Shown here: one piece after another, positions 8,187 to 16,027 of the stretch
Numbering within the stretch: the first letter of the stretch is position 1
How the letters are laid out: each line of letters opens with the position of its first letter
IMG/VR virus record: IMGVR_UViG_3300020165_000015
DNA from: an uncultured virus (IMG/VR IMGVR_UViG_3300020165_000015)
Taxonomy: Duplodnaviria; Heunggongvirae; Uroviricota; Caudoviricetes
Reading direction: 5' to 3' (one strand)
Length of the DNA stretch: 20,000 bases
Made by a program: the position numbers and the translations under genes
Notes under the pieces: generated by a model
Databases searched by the model: none
Told to the model about the DNA's origin: nothing
The model's input: the letters and a program-made list of their open reading frames with translations, nothing else

Positions 8187-9738
8187 TGAGTTCCTTGGTT
8201 GCTATTAGTATTTCTTCTGCAGACTTGACTGCCATCTCGGCGTGGTCGGGACAATCTAAAGGTGCATTCCAAAAACTCATAATACAGTCGCCCATATACT
8301 TGTCGATAGTTCCATTATTATTTAGGATTATCTTAGTCTGCATATCTAAGAACTTGTTAATTAGTTCTACCAATCCTTCGGGGTCGTCCTGTTTCATGTA
8401 GTGTTCGCTTATGGGTGTGAACCCACAGATGTCCATAAACATGAAGGTAAGTTCCTTTCTATCTCCACCAAGCTTCAATTTTGATGGGTCTTTTTGGAGC
8501 TCTTCAATCATGTCGGGTGATAAATACTTTTGGAACTGCTTCTTAATTTGTTGTTTTTCTTGATATGTGATGTAGTATTTGTTGAAAGAAGCATGACCAA
8601 ATACCACTAAGGAGGCAATCGATGAGAAAAAGGTATCGAAAAGAACGAGCTCTGAAGTCCAAATATAATAACTCCCGCCAATCTGGCATCCTACAAGCAA
8701 TAGACTCCCTACCCCCGAGAGAAGTGTGGGAGCTTTGTAGACCAAACCCAATATCGTTATTAGGACTAACAGAAGAAGAACGGATTCTAAGGATTCAAGA
8801 TAGTAGGATTGTTGTATTTGAACTCCTGTCAAAACGGTTTGGAGCAGGTTTGCTTGCACTTCGTGGGGATACATTACTCCCCTTGGGGTTGAAACTGGAT
8901 TATTCAAACCCTCAGCTGTCAGACCCCATACAAGAATCTTATTCTCAAAATTAGATTCGGATAGGTCAACTGCAGATATTCTATGGAATTTATTCCAATA
9001 GGAAACCATTACGTCTGAAGTTGGAGTTGTTGTAATAGGTTTGTCTCTCCCCATTCTAACCCATTCAACTCCAGCTTCGGGTGTAATCTTAGTTTGATAA
9101 GAAGGCTGGTCACGTAAGGCACGTAATGTCTCTAAAACTAGAGATGGATATACTTGTCCATTTGCCGTAACCATAAGGGGTACAGACCGCGTAGTTCCAT
9201 CGAAATTAGGTGTTCCAGTGACAGCTGGAGTAGCCGTCACAACTCCGACTCCATAAGTATTCCCCATCAGCATCGCGATGGGCGACACAATTCCAGTAAA
9301 ATTCCACAACCAATCTTTTGCATTTCCACCCCCAAAGGTAGAGTTACCTACGAATGGTGCAGAACCTTTTTGAGTTTGTGATGTTGGAGCAGCTCCAAGG
9401 ATTGTAAGTCTATTGACTAACCCCTCAGCAAATAGATTGTCTTGTGAAGGGTCTCTATCACTTTCCGAAAAAAGAGTAGAGAACAAGTGAGTGTTAGAGT
9501 AATGAGTGTTAAGAAGAATGTCACGGTAAATACCACGGCGAATAGGATACTGTCCAAAAGTCTCAAGACTCTTCTCATCAATATCAACAAGTATAATATC
9601 GTCAACATAAACTACAGGTTGTTGTTGGTGAAGGTAATCAAACCACGACCATGAGATGTTTTCAACAAAATAAGGATTCCATATCTTTAGAGCAAAGATT
9701 GCTACGATTGTTATTAATACTGATTTCCATGAAAACAT
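7897..9738 (-). CDS. Membrane CHASE2-domain class III adenylyl cyclase
   Basis: N-terminal TM; CHASE2-like IILVDIDEKSL..G.YP..R and PVSTPRGVMYPHEVQANLL; 3 TMs; KKQFQKYLSP linker; FMDICGFT, DKYMGDCIM, DYSVIGDAVNLGARLE. Likely start MFSWK at 9738, immediately after the upstream stop. Confidence 0.93.
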   Translation of the reverse strand: MFSWKSVLITIVAIFALKIWNPYFVENISWSWFDYLHQQQPVVYVDDIILVDIDEKSLETFGQYPIRRGIYRDILLNTHYSNTHLFSTLFSESDRDPSQDNLFAEGLVNRLTILGAAPTSQTQKGSAPFVGNSTFGGGNAKDWLWNFTGIVSPIAMLMGNTYGVGVVTATPAVTGTPNFDGTTRSVPLMVTANGQVYPSLVLETLRALRDQPSYQTKITPEAGVEWVRMGRDKPITTTPTSDVMVSYWNKFHRISAVDLSESNFENKILVWGLTAEGLNNPVSTPRGVMYPHEVQANLLQTVLTGVQIQQSYYLESLESVLLLLVLITILGLVYKAPTLLSGVGSLLLVGCQIGGSYYIWTSELVLFDTFFSSIASLVVFGHASFNKYYITYQEKQQIKKQFQKYLSPDMIEELQKDPSKLKLGGDRKELTFMFMDICGFTPISEHYMKQDDPEGLVELINKFLDMQTKIILNNNGTIDKYMGDCIMSFWNAPLDCPDHAEMAVKSAEEILIATKELNEELKPLGLPPINVGIGINTGECIVGNMGSELRFDYSVIGDAVNLGARLEGQTRNYDGVDVLLGQETYLQCPNRTFTKVDSITVKGKSEPVVVYTI

Positions 9739-9739
9739 T

Positions 9740-10009
9740 TTATGAGAATTTCTTCTGTACCCATTTAAAGACTGTATAGATAGATAGTCCATAGAATGCA
9801 AGTACAGACATAGGCAATGCTATGTACGCAAGTTCCCATGGTGATAAAAAAAGAACTTCCCAACCAAAGTTTATAGCTGCCTCAACGTCACCCAAAGGTT
9901 CAAGTGTTTCAGGCATTACAATTTCATTCTCTTCAAAGAGGTCTAATATCTCATTAAACTGTTCTTCAGTATAACACTCGTAAAACTCGGGTGGGCATTC
10001 TGAGTTCAT
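9740..10009 (-). CDS. Hypothetical membrane protein with an acidic N-terminus and a C-terminal TM
   Basis: Start MNSECPPEF is ATGA-coupled to the curlin-like gene; TM LAYIALPMSVLAFYGLSIYTVF. Confidence 0.75.
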   Translation of the reverse strand: MNSECPPEFYECYTEEQFNEILDLFEENEIVMPETLEPLGDVEAAINFGWEVLFLSPWELAYIALPMSVLAFYGLSIYTVFKWVQKKFS

Positions 10010-10644
10010 TCCTGTGTCACCGATACTGAACAACCAGTAGTTGTTTGACAATTTTGTGTTAGTGTATATGATTTGTTTGTTGAACCTTCTTGTAAAAGAT
10101 TTAGTGTTGTTGGATAACTTCCTTGTAATGTAATTTGTGCATTGTGACTTCCTGAGCCTTTCTGCATAATACTACTATCTGAACCTGTTGCACTTCCATA
10201 GAAATAAGTGTGTGCATAGTGTGAACCACTACCCGACTGATGTATTTCGTGGTCTACTGAATTTGAGTGAACGTCTATGTTATGTGTATGTGTTCCACTT
10301 TGGTATACATCTACTGTGTTACTGTTTCCCCATATGTGTCTACCATATGTTGCACCACCACTTTGTTCTACGTTTTCAGTATTGTTAGTCCCGTCTACAT
10401 CACCACCCCAAGACTTTCCTGGCCCCCAGTAAGAGACCCAAGAAATAGAGTTTCCATTTCCTGTTTGCAATAGATTGAATGTGTTTCCACTATGTGCAAA
10501 TGTAAACTTAATTTCATTATCATAACCTTTTTGTGTTATGTTAAGGTCTACATCTCCACTTGCAACCTGCTCAACATGGACATGATTTTCGTCTGCCCAT
10601 GTCGGCAAGCTTATCAATAAAGTTAATAATAAAAATTTTTTCAT
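10006..10644 (-). CDS. Secreted curlin-like (CsgA/CsgB-type) repeat protein, His-rich
   Basis: Signal peptide; repeated x-Q-x-G-x-x-N/H units (TQKGYDN, LQTGNGN, YQSGTH, HQSGSGSH, MQKGSGSHN); C-terminal Cys pair. Confidence 0.75.
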   Translation of the reverse strand: MKKFLLLTLLISLPTWADENHVHVEQVASGDVDLNITQKGYDNEIKFTFAHSGNTFNLLQTGNGNSISWVSYWGPGKSWGGDVDGTNNTENVEQSGGATYGRHIWGNSNTVDVYQSGTHTHNIDVHSNSVDHEIHQSGSGSHYAHTYFYGSATGSDSSIMQKGSGSHNAQITLQGSYPTTLNLLQEGSTNKSYTLTQNCQTTTGCSVSVTQE

Positions 10645-10663
10645 AATTCTTCAAATTCTCTTA

Positions 10664-10810
10664 TTAGAATAACCATTGAAATAATAAACATAAGATAACT
10701 CCCTCTGCAAATGCTATCCACAACATGTGGTAGTCATCCAATTGCAGAGCCTTCTGAAATCCAAATAATTGAGTTTCATGCCAGTCTCGGAATTTTTCTA
10801 ATAGGTTCAT
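10664..10810 (-). CDS. Hypothetical 48 aa membrane protein (not in ORF track)
   Basis: MNLLEKFRDWHETQLFGFQKALQLDDYHMLWIAFAEGVILCLLFQWLF*; SD AGGAG. Confidence 0.75.
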   Translation of the reverse strand: MNLLEKFRDWHETQLFGFQKALQLDDYHMLWIAFAEGVILCLLFQWLF

Positions 10811-10818
10811 AGATTCTC

Positions 10819-11946
10819 CTAGTTTGTTTGCGTGATGGTAATATTTAAAGACGAACCATCACCCACCCTTATTGATGACTCTTTTTCGTCTGTTACGGTT
10901 CTAATACTTGCTTGTGCAAACATGGGAATCTTGATTGAAATAATTCCATTCACTTCCCTGTAGAACCATATTTGACCAAGACCCTTATCTACAATTGTAT
11001 TGTATTGAGTGTCTTTGTCAAACCCCGAGGTCGTTCCTTCTATTCGAACCGACCCAAAAGCTGCACGTTCTCTATCGATACCAACCTTACGGTCAATCTC
11101 TAAGACAACGTCTAGTAAATCTTGCAAGAAATCGATATCTAATAAGTCTCTATCGAGTTCTGTATATTCTAGTTCATCATCTTCGAAGTAATCTTCCTCT
11201 AAGTCGTTAAACTCTAGGAAGTCTACATCAAGAATGTTACTACTATCATTCTCTGAACTACTTTCTTCTGCAACTTGGTCTTGCACCTCTTCGGGTGGGG
11301 ACACAATGAAGTAGTTGTCAATTAGACTGGGTGTAATCCCATTTACTACAACTGGTTTTGTAGGTGAATCATCATAAGTCGAAACCATCGTTGTCTGATA
11401 TGCTTCATTCATAGTCACCGAACCACCAGCATTACTTACTACAATTTCTCCCGAGGGCCCACCCCATTTATCGGGGAGCAGAATTATCAATGACCTTCCG
11501 ATTTCATCAATACTAGTTGTGAAATCTGTGCCTCTAACTGTTATCTGTGCAGTAGGTGTAGTTATATTTATGTTCGCTTTGTTTATTTTACCACCAAAAC
11601 CCGAAGCAAATCGAGCGGTGCCTTGTGCCATTCTTATGGCCATCTTGGACTTGGATGGGTCGGGGTCATAGTAAACCTCGTCTATCCAAACCTTGGAGTG
11701 TTCTGTTAAATCCAATTCCTCGTCTCCAAGGAACTGAATTTTCATTCTCCCATTTTGTGTTTGTGCTGTATCATACATTAGCACTTCGGGTAGATATGAC
11801 GCTGAGATGACGGTGTTCTCACCGTCCCTCTGCAACCCAGCGTATCCTGTTTGTTCTGTAATCTCACCTATTGGTTCACCTTGAAGTGAACCAATAAGTA
11901 AAAGATTAATCGTTAGAGTCTTGCTGAACGATGTCAATATCTGCAT
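10819..11946 (-). CDS. FecR-domain secreted/periplasmic protein with an acidic linker
   Basis: Hydrophobic N-terminus; D...T..GRMKIQF.....L.LTEHSKV.ID, G..RF.SG and ITTPTAQITVRGTDF, typical of FecR-like domains. Confidence 0.82.
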   Translation of the reverse strand: MQILTSFSKTLTINLLLIGSLQGEPIGEITEQTGYAGLQRDGENTVISASYLPEVLMYDTAQTQNGRMKIQFLGDEELDLTEHSKVWIDEVYYDPDPSKSKMAIRMAQGTARFASGFGGKINKANINITTPTAQITVRGTDFTTSIDEIGRSLIILLPDKWGGPSGEIVVSNAGGSVTMNEAYQTTMVSTYDDSPTKPVVVNGITPSLIDNYFIVSPPEEVQDQVAEESSSENDSSNILDVDFLEFNDLEEDYFEDDELEYTELDRDLLDIDFLQDLLDVVLEIDRKVGIDRERAAFGSVRIEGTTSGFDKDTQYNTIVDKGLGQIWFYREVNGIISIKIPMFAQASIRTVTDEKESSIRVGDGSSLNITITQTN

Positions 11947-12637
11947 TAGAAGTCACGAAAGTTACATCGATAATACCACTACATGATTGACCAGTTGGAC
12001 AACCAGCATCTGAACCCGATTTCTGAATGATGTCTATATCATTACTTGAACCAGTTAAGATTGCTGTGATTTTATTATCGGTTGCATCTGATTGATTGGT
12101 GTTAATGTCATTCGATGAACCTGTAACAGTCCAATTCCAAACAGCATTGTCACTATCTATCTTAGTAGTGAATACGTTTGAGTCACCAGTAAGTGCTAAA
12201 TCCCAGTTAAGATATTCTGCAGATGCATCATATCCGACATCAATATCGAATGTGTTTGAATCACCTGTAACAGTTCCTAACATATTTAAGTTATCTGCAC
12301 TACCAACATATCCTACGTTCCAGTCCATGACATTTGAATCACCAGTGAAGGTAAGGTTTATAGTTGCTGAGTCAGCAATCATAGGCCCGTATAGTTTGTT
12401 ATTGTCTCCAAATTGGACAAGTGTAAACGTATTAGATGCACCAGTTAAAACCATATCAGCAGATGTTCCCGAGAAATCATCTAGACCAACTTTGTTTCCA
12501 TAACCTTTCTGTGTAAAATCTAATACTAAACCAGTACCGCTTTGATTCAACCATATTTCATTGTCGTCTGCTCCAGCAAATGCTGTAGTAGAAAACCCTA
12601 ATGTTAAACATAATGTAATGAATAATTTATTCTTCAT
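11906..12637 (-). CDS. Secreted curlin-like beta-solenoid repeat protein
   Basis: Signal peptide ending AFA; repeats TGASNTF, FGDNNKL, TGDSNVM, TGDSNTF, TGDSNVF, TGSSNDI (twice); adjacent to csgG. Confidence 0.75.
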   Translation of the reverse strand: MKNKLFITLCLTLGFSTTAFAGADDNEIWLNQSGTGLVLDFTQKGYGNKVGLDDFSGTSADMVLTGASNTFTLVQFGDNNKLYGPMIADSATINLTFTGDSNVMDWNVGYVGSADNLNMLGTVTGDSNTFDIDVGYDASAEYLNWDLALTGDSNVFTTKIDSDNAVWNWTVTGSSNDINTNQSDATDNKITAILTGSSNDIDIIQKSGSDAGCPTGQSCSGIIDVTFVTSNADIDIVQQDSND

Positions 12638-13535
12638 TTTGTTTATCCTCTATTTGATGTAATTCGTTTCTCCCATGTGTTCCATGAGGATGACGATGTC
12701 CATCTTTAATTACCCAAAAACCTCTATCGTGTCCTTGGTATATTAGTTCTAAGACAGCAAGCTCAATTGCAGAACGAGTTGCTTTCGTAACTCCTTCATT
12801 CGCTGCTATACCGTCTTCCATTTCCACTAACTTCGTATCCATATCCACGAAGCGGAATACATCATAACCACCACCTGTACTTAAAATCGTCTTTGTAGTC
12901 TGTACATTGAGTAAAATTTCACCAGTTAAAGTTGATATTCCCCTCAACGATACTGTGACAACATCTCTACGATAGGAAACACTTGAACCAATACCTAAGT
13001 ATCTTGCGCCTCGTCCACCACTTTCAATGTTTGTATCATAACCAATTATCCCACCGTCAAGTAGGATACCAGCAAACAAGAGAGGTTGAATGCCTGTTGG
13101 AGCATCCTCATTACCTTCCTGTCTTGCAAAGTCTTCTCTAGTAGAACGAATGATTTGTCTCTCTCTTACAAGTGCGTCTAAACTTGTACGTTCCACTACT
13201 CTAAACCATTTACCTTTTCCAGCAGTCTTAAGTGCATCAATTAAAAATGATTCTGCACCTTGTGTGACTGCAGTAGAGAATGATGCGATGTTATCCATTC
13301 TCTTCCTTTGTCCTGTCTTATCTAAGAACCCATACACTGCAACTACTGGCATATTGTCAGCAGGTGGTAAGTCTGCAAGTTCTTGATACGTAGGTATATT
13401 TACTACTTCTGCCATTTCGACACATTCACCTACTCGTTCCATAACCAATGATGTACAGGAATCCGTCATGCTTGGTATAGCAGCACACCCGCTGATGAGC
13501 AAGACCAGTAGTCCCACCATCCATAAATTCTTCAC
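12627..13535 (-). CDS. csgG: Curli secretion channel lipoprotein CsgG
   Basis: Lipobox LISGC; VAVYGFLDKTGQRK, FSTAVTQGA, WFRVVER..LD.LVRERQIIR, GGIIGYDTN..SGG.GARYLGIG. Confidence 0.95.
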   Translation of the reverse strand: MKNLWMVGLLVLLISGCAAIPSMTDSCTSLVMERVGECVEMAEVVNIPTYQELADLPPADNMPVVAVYGFLDKTGQRKRMDNIASFSTAVTQGAESFLIDALKTAGKGKWFRVVERTSLDALVRERQIIRSTREDFARQEGNEDAPTGIQPLLFAGILLDGGIIGYDTNIESGGRGARYLGIGSSVSYRRDVVTVSLRGISTLTGEILLNVQTTKTILSTGGGYDVFRFVDMDTKLVEMEDGIAANEGVTKATRSAIELAVLELIYQGHDRGFWVIKDGHRHPHGTHGRNELHQIEDKQNEE

Positions 13536-13994
13536 TTAAAAGCTCCCAGTGCCTATTGGTATATCCAATGTTGTTGTCGTTCCATCACTTGACACAATAG
13601 TCAATCTGATAAATGACACACCATCTTCTCCAACCAACTGTTCATATGTAACCGTATTACCTTCGATAGTGAAGACTCCATACATTGCAGCCTCACCGTT
13701 AGAGAACATATTCTCTACTAATTGTTTTGCAAGTTGAGCGTAAATTCTGCTCTCAACATTTCTTAAAAATTTTGCAAGAGTTGTATTCTGTGCTTCTCTA
13801 TCTGCCTTTGCAATTGCATCTTCAATGTCTTGTCTTATCTTGTCACGTCTTGACTTTTCTTGATTTTCAATGGTAAGATAATGAGCTGATTGTCCTATCC
13901 CATTAAAACTAGGACTCTTAAATCCAAATACAATTTCATCTGCATTTGCAGACATACACATCATCATTAAAATTATACTACTTACTATTCTCAT
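13536..13994 (-). CDS. csgF: Curli assembly protein CsgF
   Basis: Signal peptide; mature N-terminus EIVFGFKSPSFNG, LTIENQE, SRIYAQLAKQL and C-terminal GTTTTLDIP; abuts csgG. Confidence 0.85.
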   Translation of the reverse strand: MRIVSSIILMMMCMSANADEIVFGFKSPSFNGIGQSAHYLTIENQEKSRRDKIRQDIEDAIAKADREAQNTTLAKFLRNVESRIYAQLAKQLVENMFSNGEAAMYGVFTIEGNTVTYEQLVGEDGVSFIRLTIVSSDGTTTTLDIPIGTGSF

Positions 13995-14247
13995 TTTTAG
14001 CTGCCTCTTTCTTAGCGTTCTCTTTATATTCGAGAACTACGTCTACCTTTTGTTGGAGACGAATCAAATCTTGGTCTAACATTCTTACTTGGTCGATGAC
14101 TTTGATTAACGCAAAGTGTTGTTTTTCAATCTCGGGTTCTAGCTTCTCGCCTACAAACCACCAAATATAATAGATGAAGTAACCTAAACCAACTGCCATG
14201 ACAATTGGAAAACCATAATCACTTATTACTGCTACAATACTTTCCAT
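13978..14247 (-). CDS. Small membrane protein (TM plus coiled coil)
   Basis: Likely start MESIVAV at 14247 (TAATG coupling); ISDYGFPIVMAVGLGYFIYYIW followed by LIKVIDQVRMLDQDLIRL. Confidence 0.8.
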   Translation of the reverse strand: MESIVAVISDYGFPIVMAVGLGYFIYYIWWFVGEKLEPEIEKQHFALIKVIDQVRMLDQDLIRLQQKVDVVLEYKENAKKEAAKNENSK

Positions 14248-14354
14248 TAGATGAACAATAACCCTAACAGAAATCCTACGTTGAGACCTAATGAACACAT
14301 AAGAACAAAGTCCCTAGTGAATTTGTATTCAACCATTACTATTTCATTTATCAT
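14247..14354 (-). CDS. Hypothetical 35 aa membrane peptide (not in ORF track)
   Basis: MINEIVMVEYKFTRDFVLMCSLGLNVGFLLGLLFI*; TAATG overlaps at both ends. Confidence 0.65.
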   Translation of the reverse strand: MINEIVMVEYKFTRDFVLMCSLGLNVGFLLGLLFI

Positions 14355-14650
14355 TAATCACGTCTCACATCTAGTTTTCCATCTTCAATAAAATTTTCTG
14401 CACGTGCTACACGTTCTATATCGGGACGGAGTTCCAATGCAGCGGAAACTAACATGTCAATCTTAATCATTTCATTTGACATGGTTCTTGCACGGTTCTC
14501 CAGTGAGTTGCAAAACATTGTTAACGTCTTAATGTCGTCAACTACGCCTTCTAAAATTTGTTTGATGACTATGAAGATAAAAAATCCCATCACAAGGCTC
14601 CCTGCAATCGGGGCTCCCACTTCACCTATCAAAACAAATATATCATTCAT
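14354..14650 (-). CDS. Small membrane protein (TM plus coiled coil), probable paralog of 13978-14247
   Basis: Likely start MNDIF at 14650, since the longer ORF would begin at the end of the terminator; IGEVGAPIAGSLVMGFFIFIVI. Confidence 0.8.
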   Translation of the reverse strand: MNDIFVLIGEVGAPIAGSLVMGFFIFIVIKQILEGVVDDIKTLTMFCNSLENRARTMSNEMIKIDMLVSAALELRPDIERVARAENFIEDGKLDVRRD

Positions 14651-14655
14651 GCAAT

Positions 14656-14663
14656 TATTTATT
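14656..14663 (-). promoter_or_regulatory. T4-type late promoter candidate for the curli-cyclase operon
   Basis: AATAAATA, downstream of the terminator and 5 nt before the ATG at 14650. Confidence 0.5.
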
Positions 14664-14684
14664 CTTTTAGGTTTCTTATACGCC

Positions 14685-14712
14685 AAAAAAAAGAGACTCT
14701 TTCGAGTCTCTT
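14685..14712 (-). terminator. Rho-independent terminator
   Basis: AAGAGACTC-GAAA-GAGTCTCTT followed by a T tract. Confidence 0.92.
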
Positions 14713-14731
14713 CTTAAGACATCGTAAAGAG

Positions 14732-14980
14732 TTATTTCAATTGTTCACGAATTTCGTTGATGACTGCAGCCTTTGCGCCAGATTTTTTAACCTTAAGGTT
14801 TTTCTTTTCTGCAAGTTCTACCAATTGATTCTTAGTTAATTTTTTTAACTCTGAAACCGTTGGTGCCTTTGGCTTAGATGGTGTAGTCTTCTTAGATACT
14901 GAAGATTTTTTCTTCTTACCTTTGACAACGAAAAACACGAATGCAACAGCTAGTATTGCTACTATTACTATTCCGTCCAT
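14732..14980 (-). CDS. Membrane-anchored basic protein with a Rho-N/HeH-like C-terminal domain
   Basis: N-terminal TM, Lys/Ser/Pro linker, ELKKLTKNQLVELAEKKNLKVKKSGAKAAVINEI; SD AGGAG. Confidence 0.75.
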   Translation of the reverse strand: MDGIVIVAILAVAFVFFVVKGKKKKSSVSKKTTPSKPKAPTVSELKKLTKNQLVELAEKKNLKVKKSGAKAAVINEIREQLK

Positions 14981-14999
14981 AATGTTCTCCTAAATTAAA

Positions 15000-15194
15000 T
15001 TACTTATCAAGTAATGGGTTCTTGTCTTTTGCTTTACCTATTGCTAGAGCACAGACTTCTATGTATTTATAGCACTTCGCCCAAATAGCATCGTCTTTTG
15101 GTGTGTCCGTCATCATTACAATGACTGAACATATAGAAATAATCGCTGGTATTGCTGACATGAATGCCCAAATACTACTTATAAAATCCCACAT
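15000..15194 (-). CDS. Small membrane protein (possibly holin-like)
   Basis: Hydrophobic N-terminal half, TDTPKDD motif, basic tail; SD GGAG. Confidence 0.7.
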   Translation of the reverse strand: MWDFISSIWAFMSAIPAIISICSVIVMMTDTPKDDAIWAKCYKYIEVCALAIGKAKDKNPLLDK

Positions 15195-15223
15195 ATGTTT
15201 TCTCCGTTAGTTATTAACAGAGG

Positions 15224-15231
15224 TATTTATC
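15224..15231 (-). promoter_or_regulatory. T4-type late promoter candidate
   Basis: GATAAATA directly after the regA stop. Confidence 0.5.
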
Positions 15232-15641
15232 TATTTAGACCCACCAATAGAGTATTTTGTGGTCAATTTCCAGTTAGATTTCTCTTTGTATGGAATAATT
15301 TTGATTTGGGAAAGGGGTGCAGATGGTTCTACTATCTTAGAAGGGTCAACCAAAGTAACGAGTTTCCATTGTTCTAGAAGCTTACAGATAGTATTTCTTC
15401 TACCAATATCAGACTCATCTATGTTTGTAGGTTTACCATCGAGTTTGAATAACTCTTTGAAGTGAGTGATGTAGTAATGACCACGCTTGTGTAAGATATG
15501 ACAAGATTGGAATAGTTCCTGTTCTCTTCTAGACGCAACACCTATGCGTGATAGTGTTTCCCTTATCTTTAGGAAATCATCTTTCTCGGGGAAGGTTACT
15601 TCGACTAATTCTGAAACTATTTTTTCTTGTGCATCATCCAT
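15231..15641 (-). CDS. regA: RegA translational repressor
   Basis: DDFLKIRETLSRIGVAS, LFQSCHILHKRGHYYITHFKELF.LDG, W.L..KYSIG; likely start MDDAQ at 15641. Confidence 0.97.
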   Translation of the reverse strand: MDDAQEKIVSELVEVTFPEKDDFLKIRETLSRIGVASRREQELFQSCHILHKRGHYYITHFKELFKLDGKPTNIDESDIGRRNTICKLLEQWKLVTLVDPSKIVEPSAPLSQIKIIPYKEKSNWKLTTKYSIGGSK

Positions 15642-16026
15642 TGTTATTACCACCAGTATTCATTCTGTTCTTCAACTCACGTAATTCTTTATCAGATAAG
15701 AGAGTATACAATTCTTTTGCTTCTCTTGTTGACATCTGATAATATTCTTTTACGACATCGAGTTTTTTACTAACATATGGTTTAGACCACTTAGAAAATC
15801 TTTGTCGTTTTCGTAAAGTATTTAGGAAAAACACATACTGAAGACGGTTGTCTAGACCGTGGCGACAATTCATTTCGTTAGTAAAGAAAACAGAATCTTG
15901 GTGGTAAGACAAAGATTTGTTTATGAGGAATGGTTGATATGCTTTCTCTTCGATATCATCAACCATGATATCAGTTTTATCGGAAGAGACCGATTTAACA
16001 AAATCGAATGGATTACGTTTCGACAC
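15634..16026 (-). CDS. 62: Clamp loader small subunit gp62
   Basis: YQPFLINKSLS, NEMN, QY.FFLN.LRKR.RFSKW; lies directly before regA. Confidence 0.93.
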   Translation of the reverse strand: MSKRNPFDFVKSVSSDKTDIMVDDIEEKAYQPFLINKSLSYHQDSVFFTNEMNCRHGLDNRLQYVFFLNTLRKRQRFSKWSKPYVSKKLDVVKEYYQMSTREAKELYTLLSDKELRELKNRMNTGGNNNG

Positions 16027-16027
16027 T

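Noticed and set aside
7897..9738. Cyclase as a Pycsar/CBASS-type defence enzyme
   Set aside because: It has CHASE2 receptor architecture and adenine-specifying residues, with no adjacent TIR or cNMP-binding effector.
9739..9801. N-terminal extension of the cyclase
   Set aside because: It overlaps the upstream gene; the ATG at 9738 directly follows that gene's stop and precedes the TM segment.
11906..12637. Repeated DNA words as a possible CRISPR or tandem array
   Set aside because: The repeats are degenerate and explained by protein-level curlin repeats; there is no repeat-spacer pattern.
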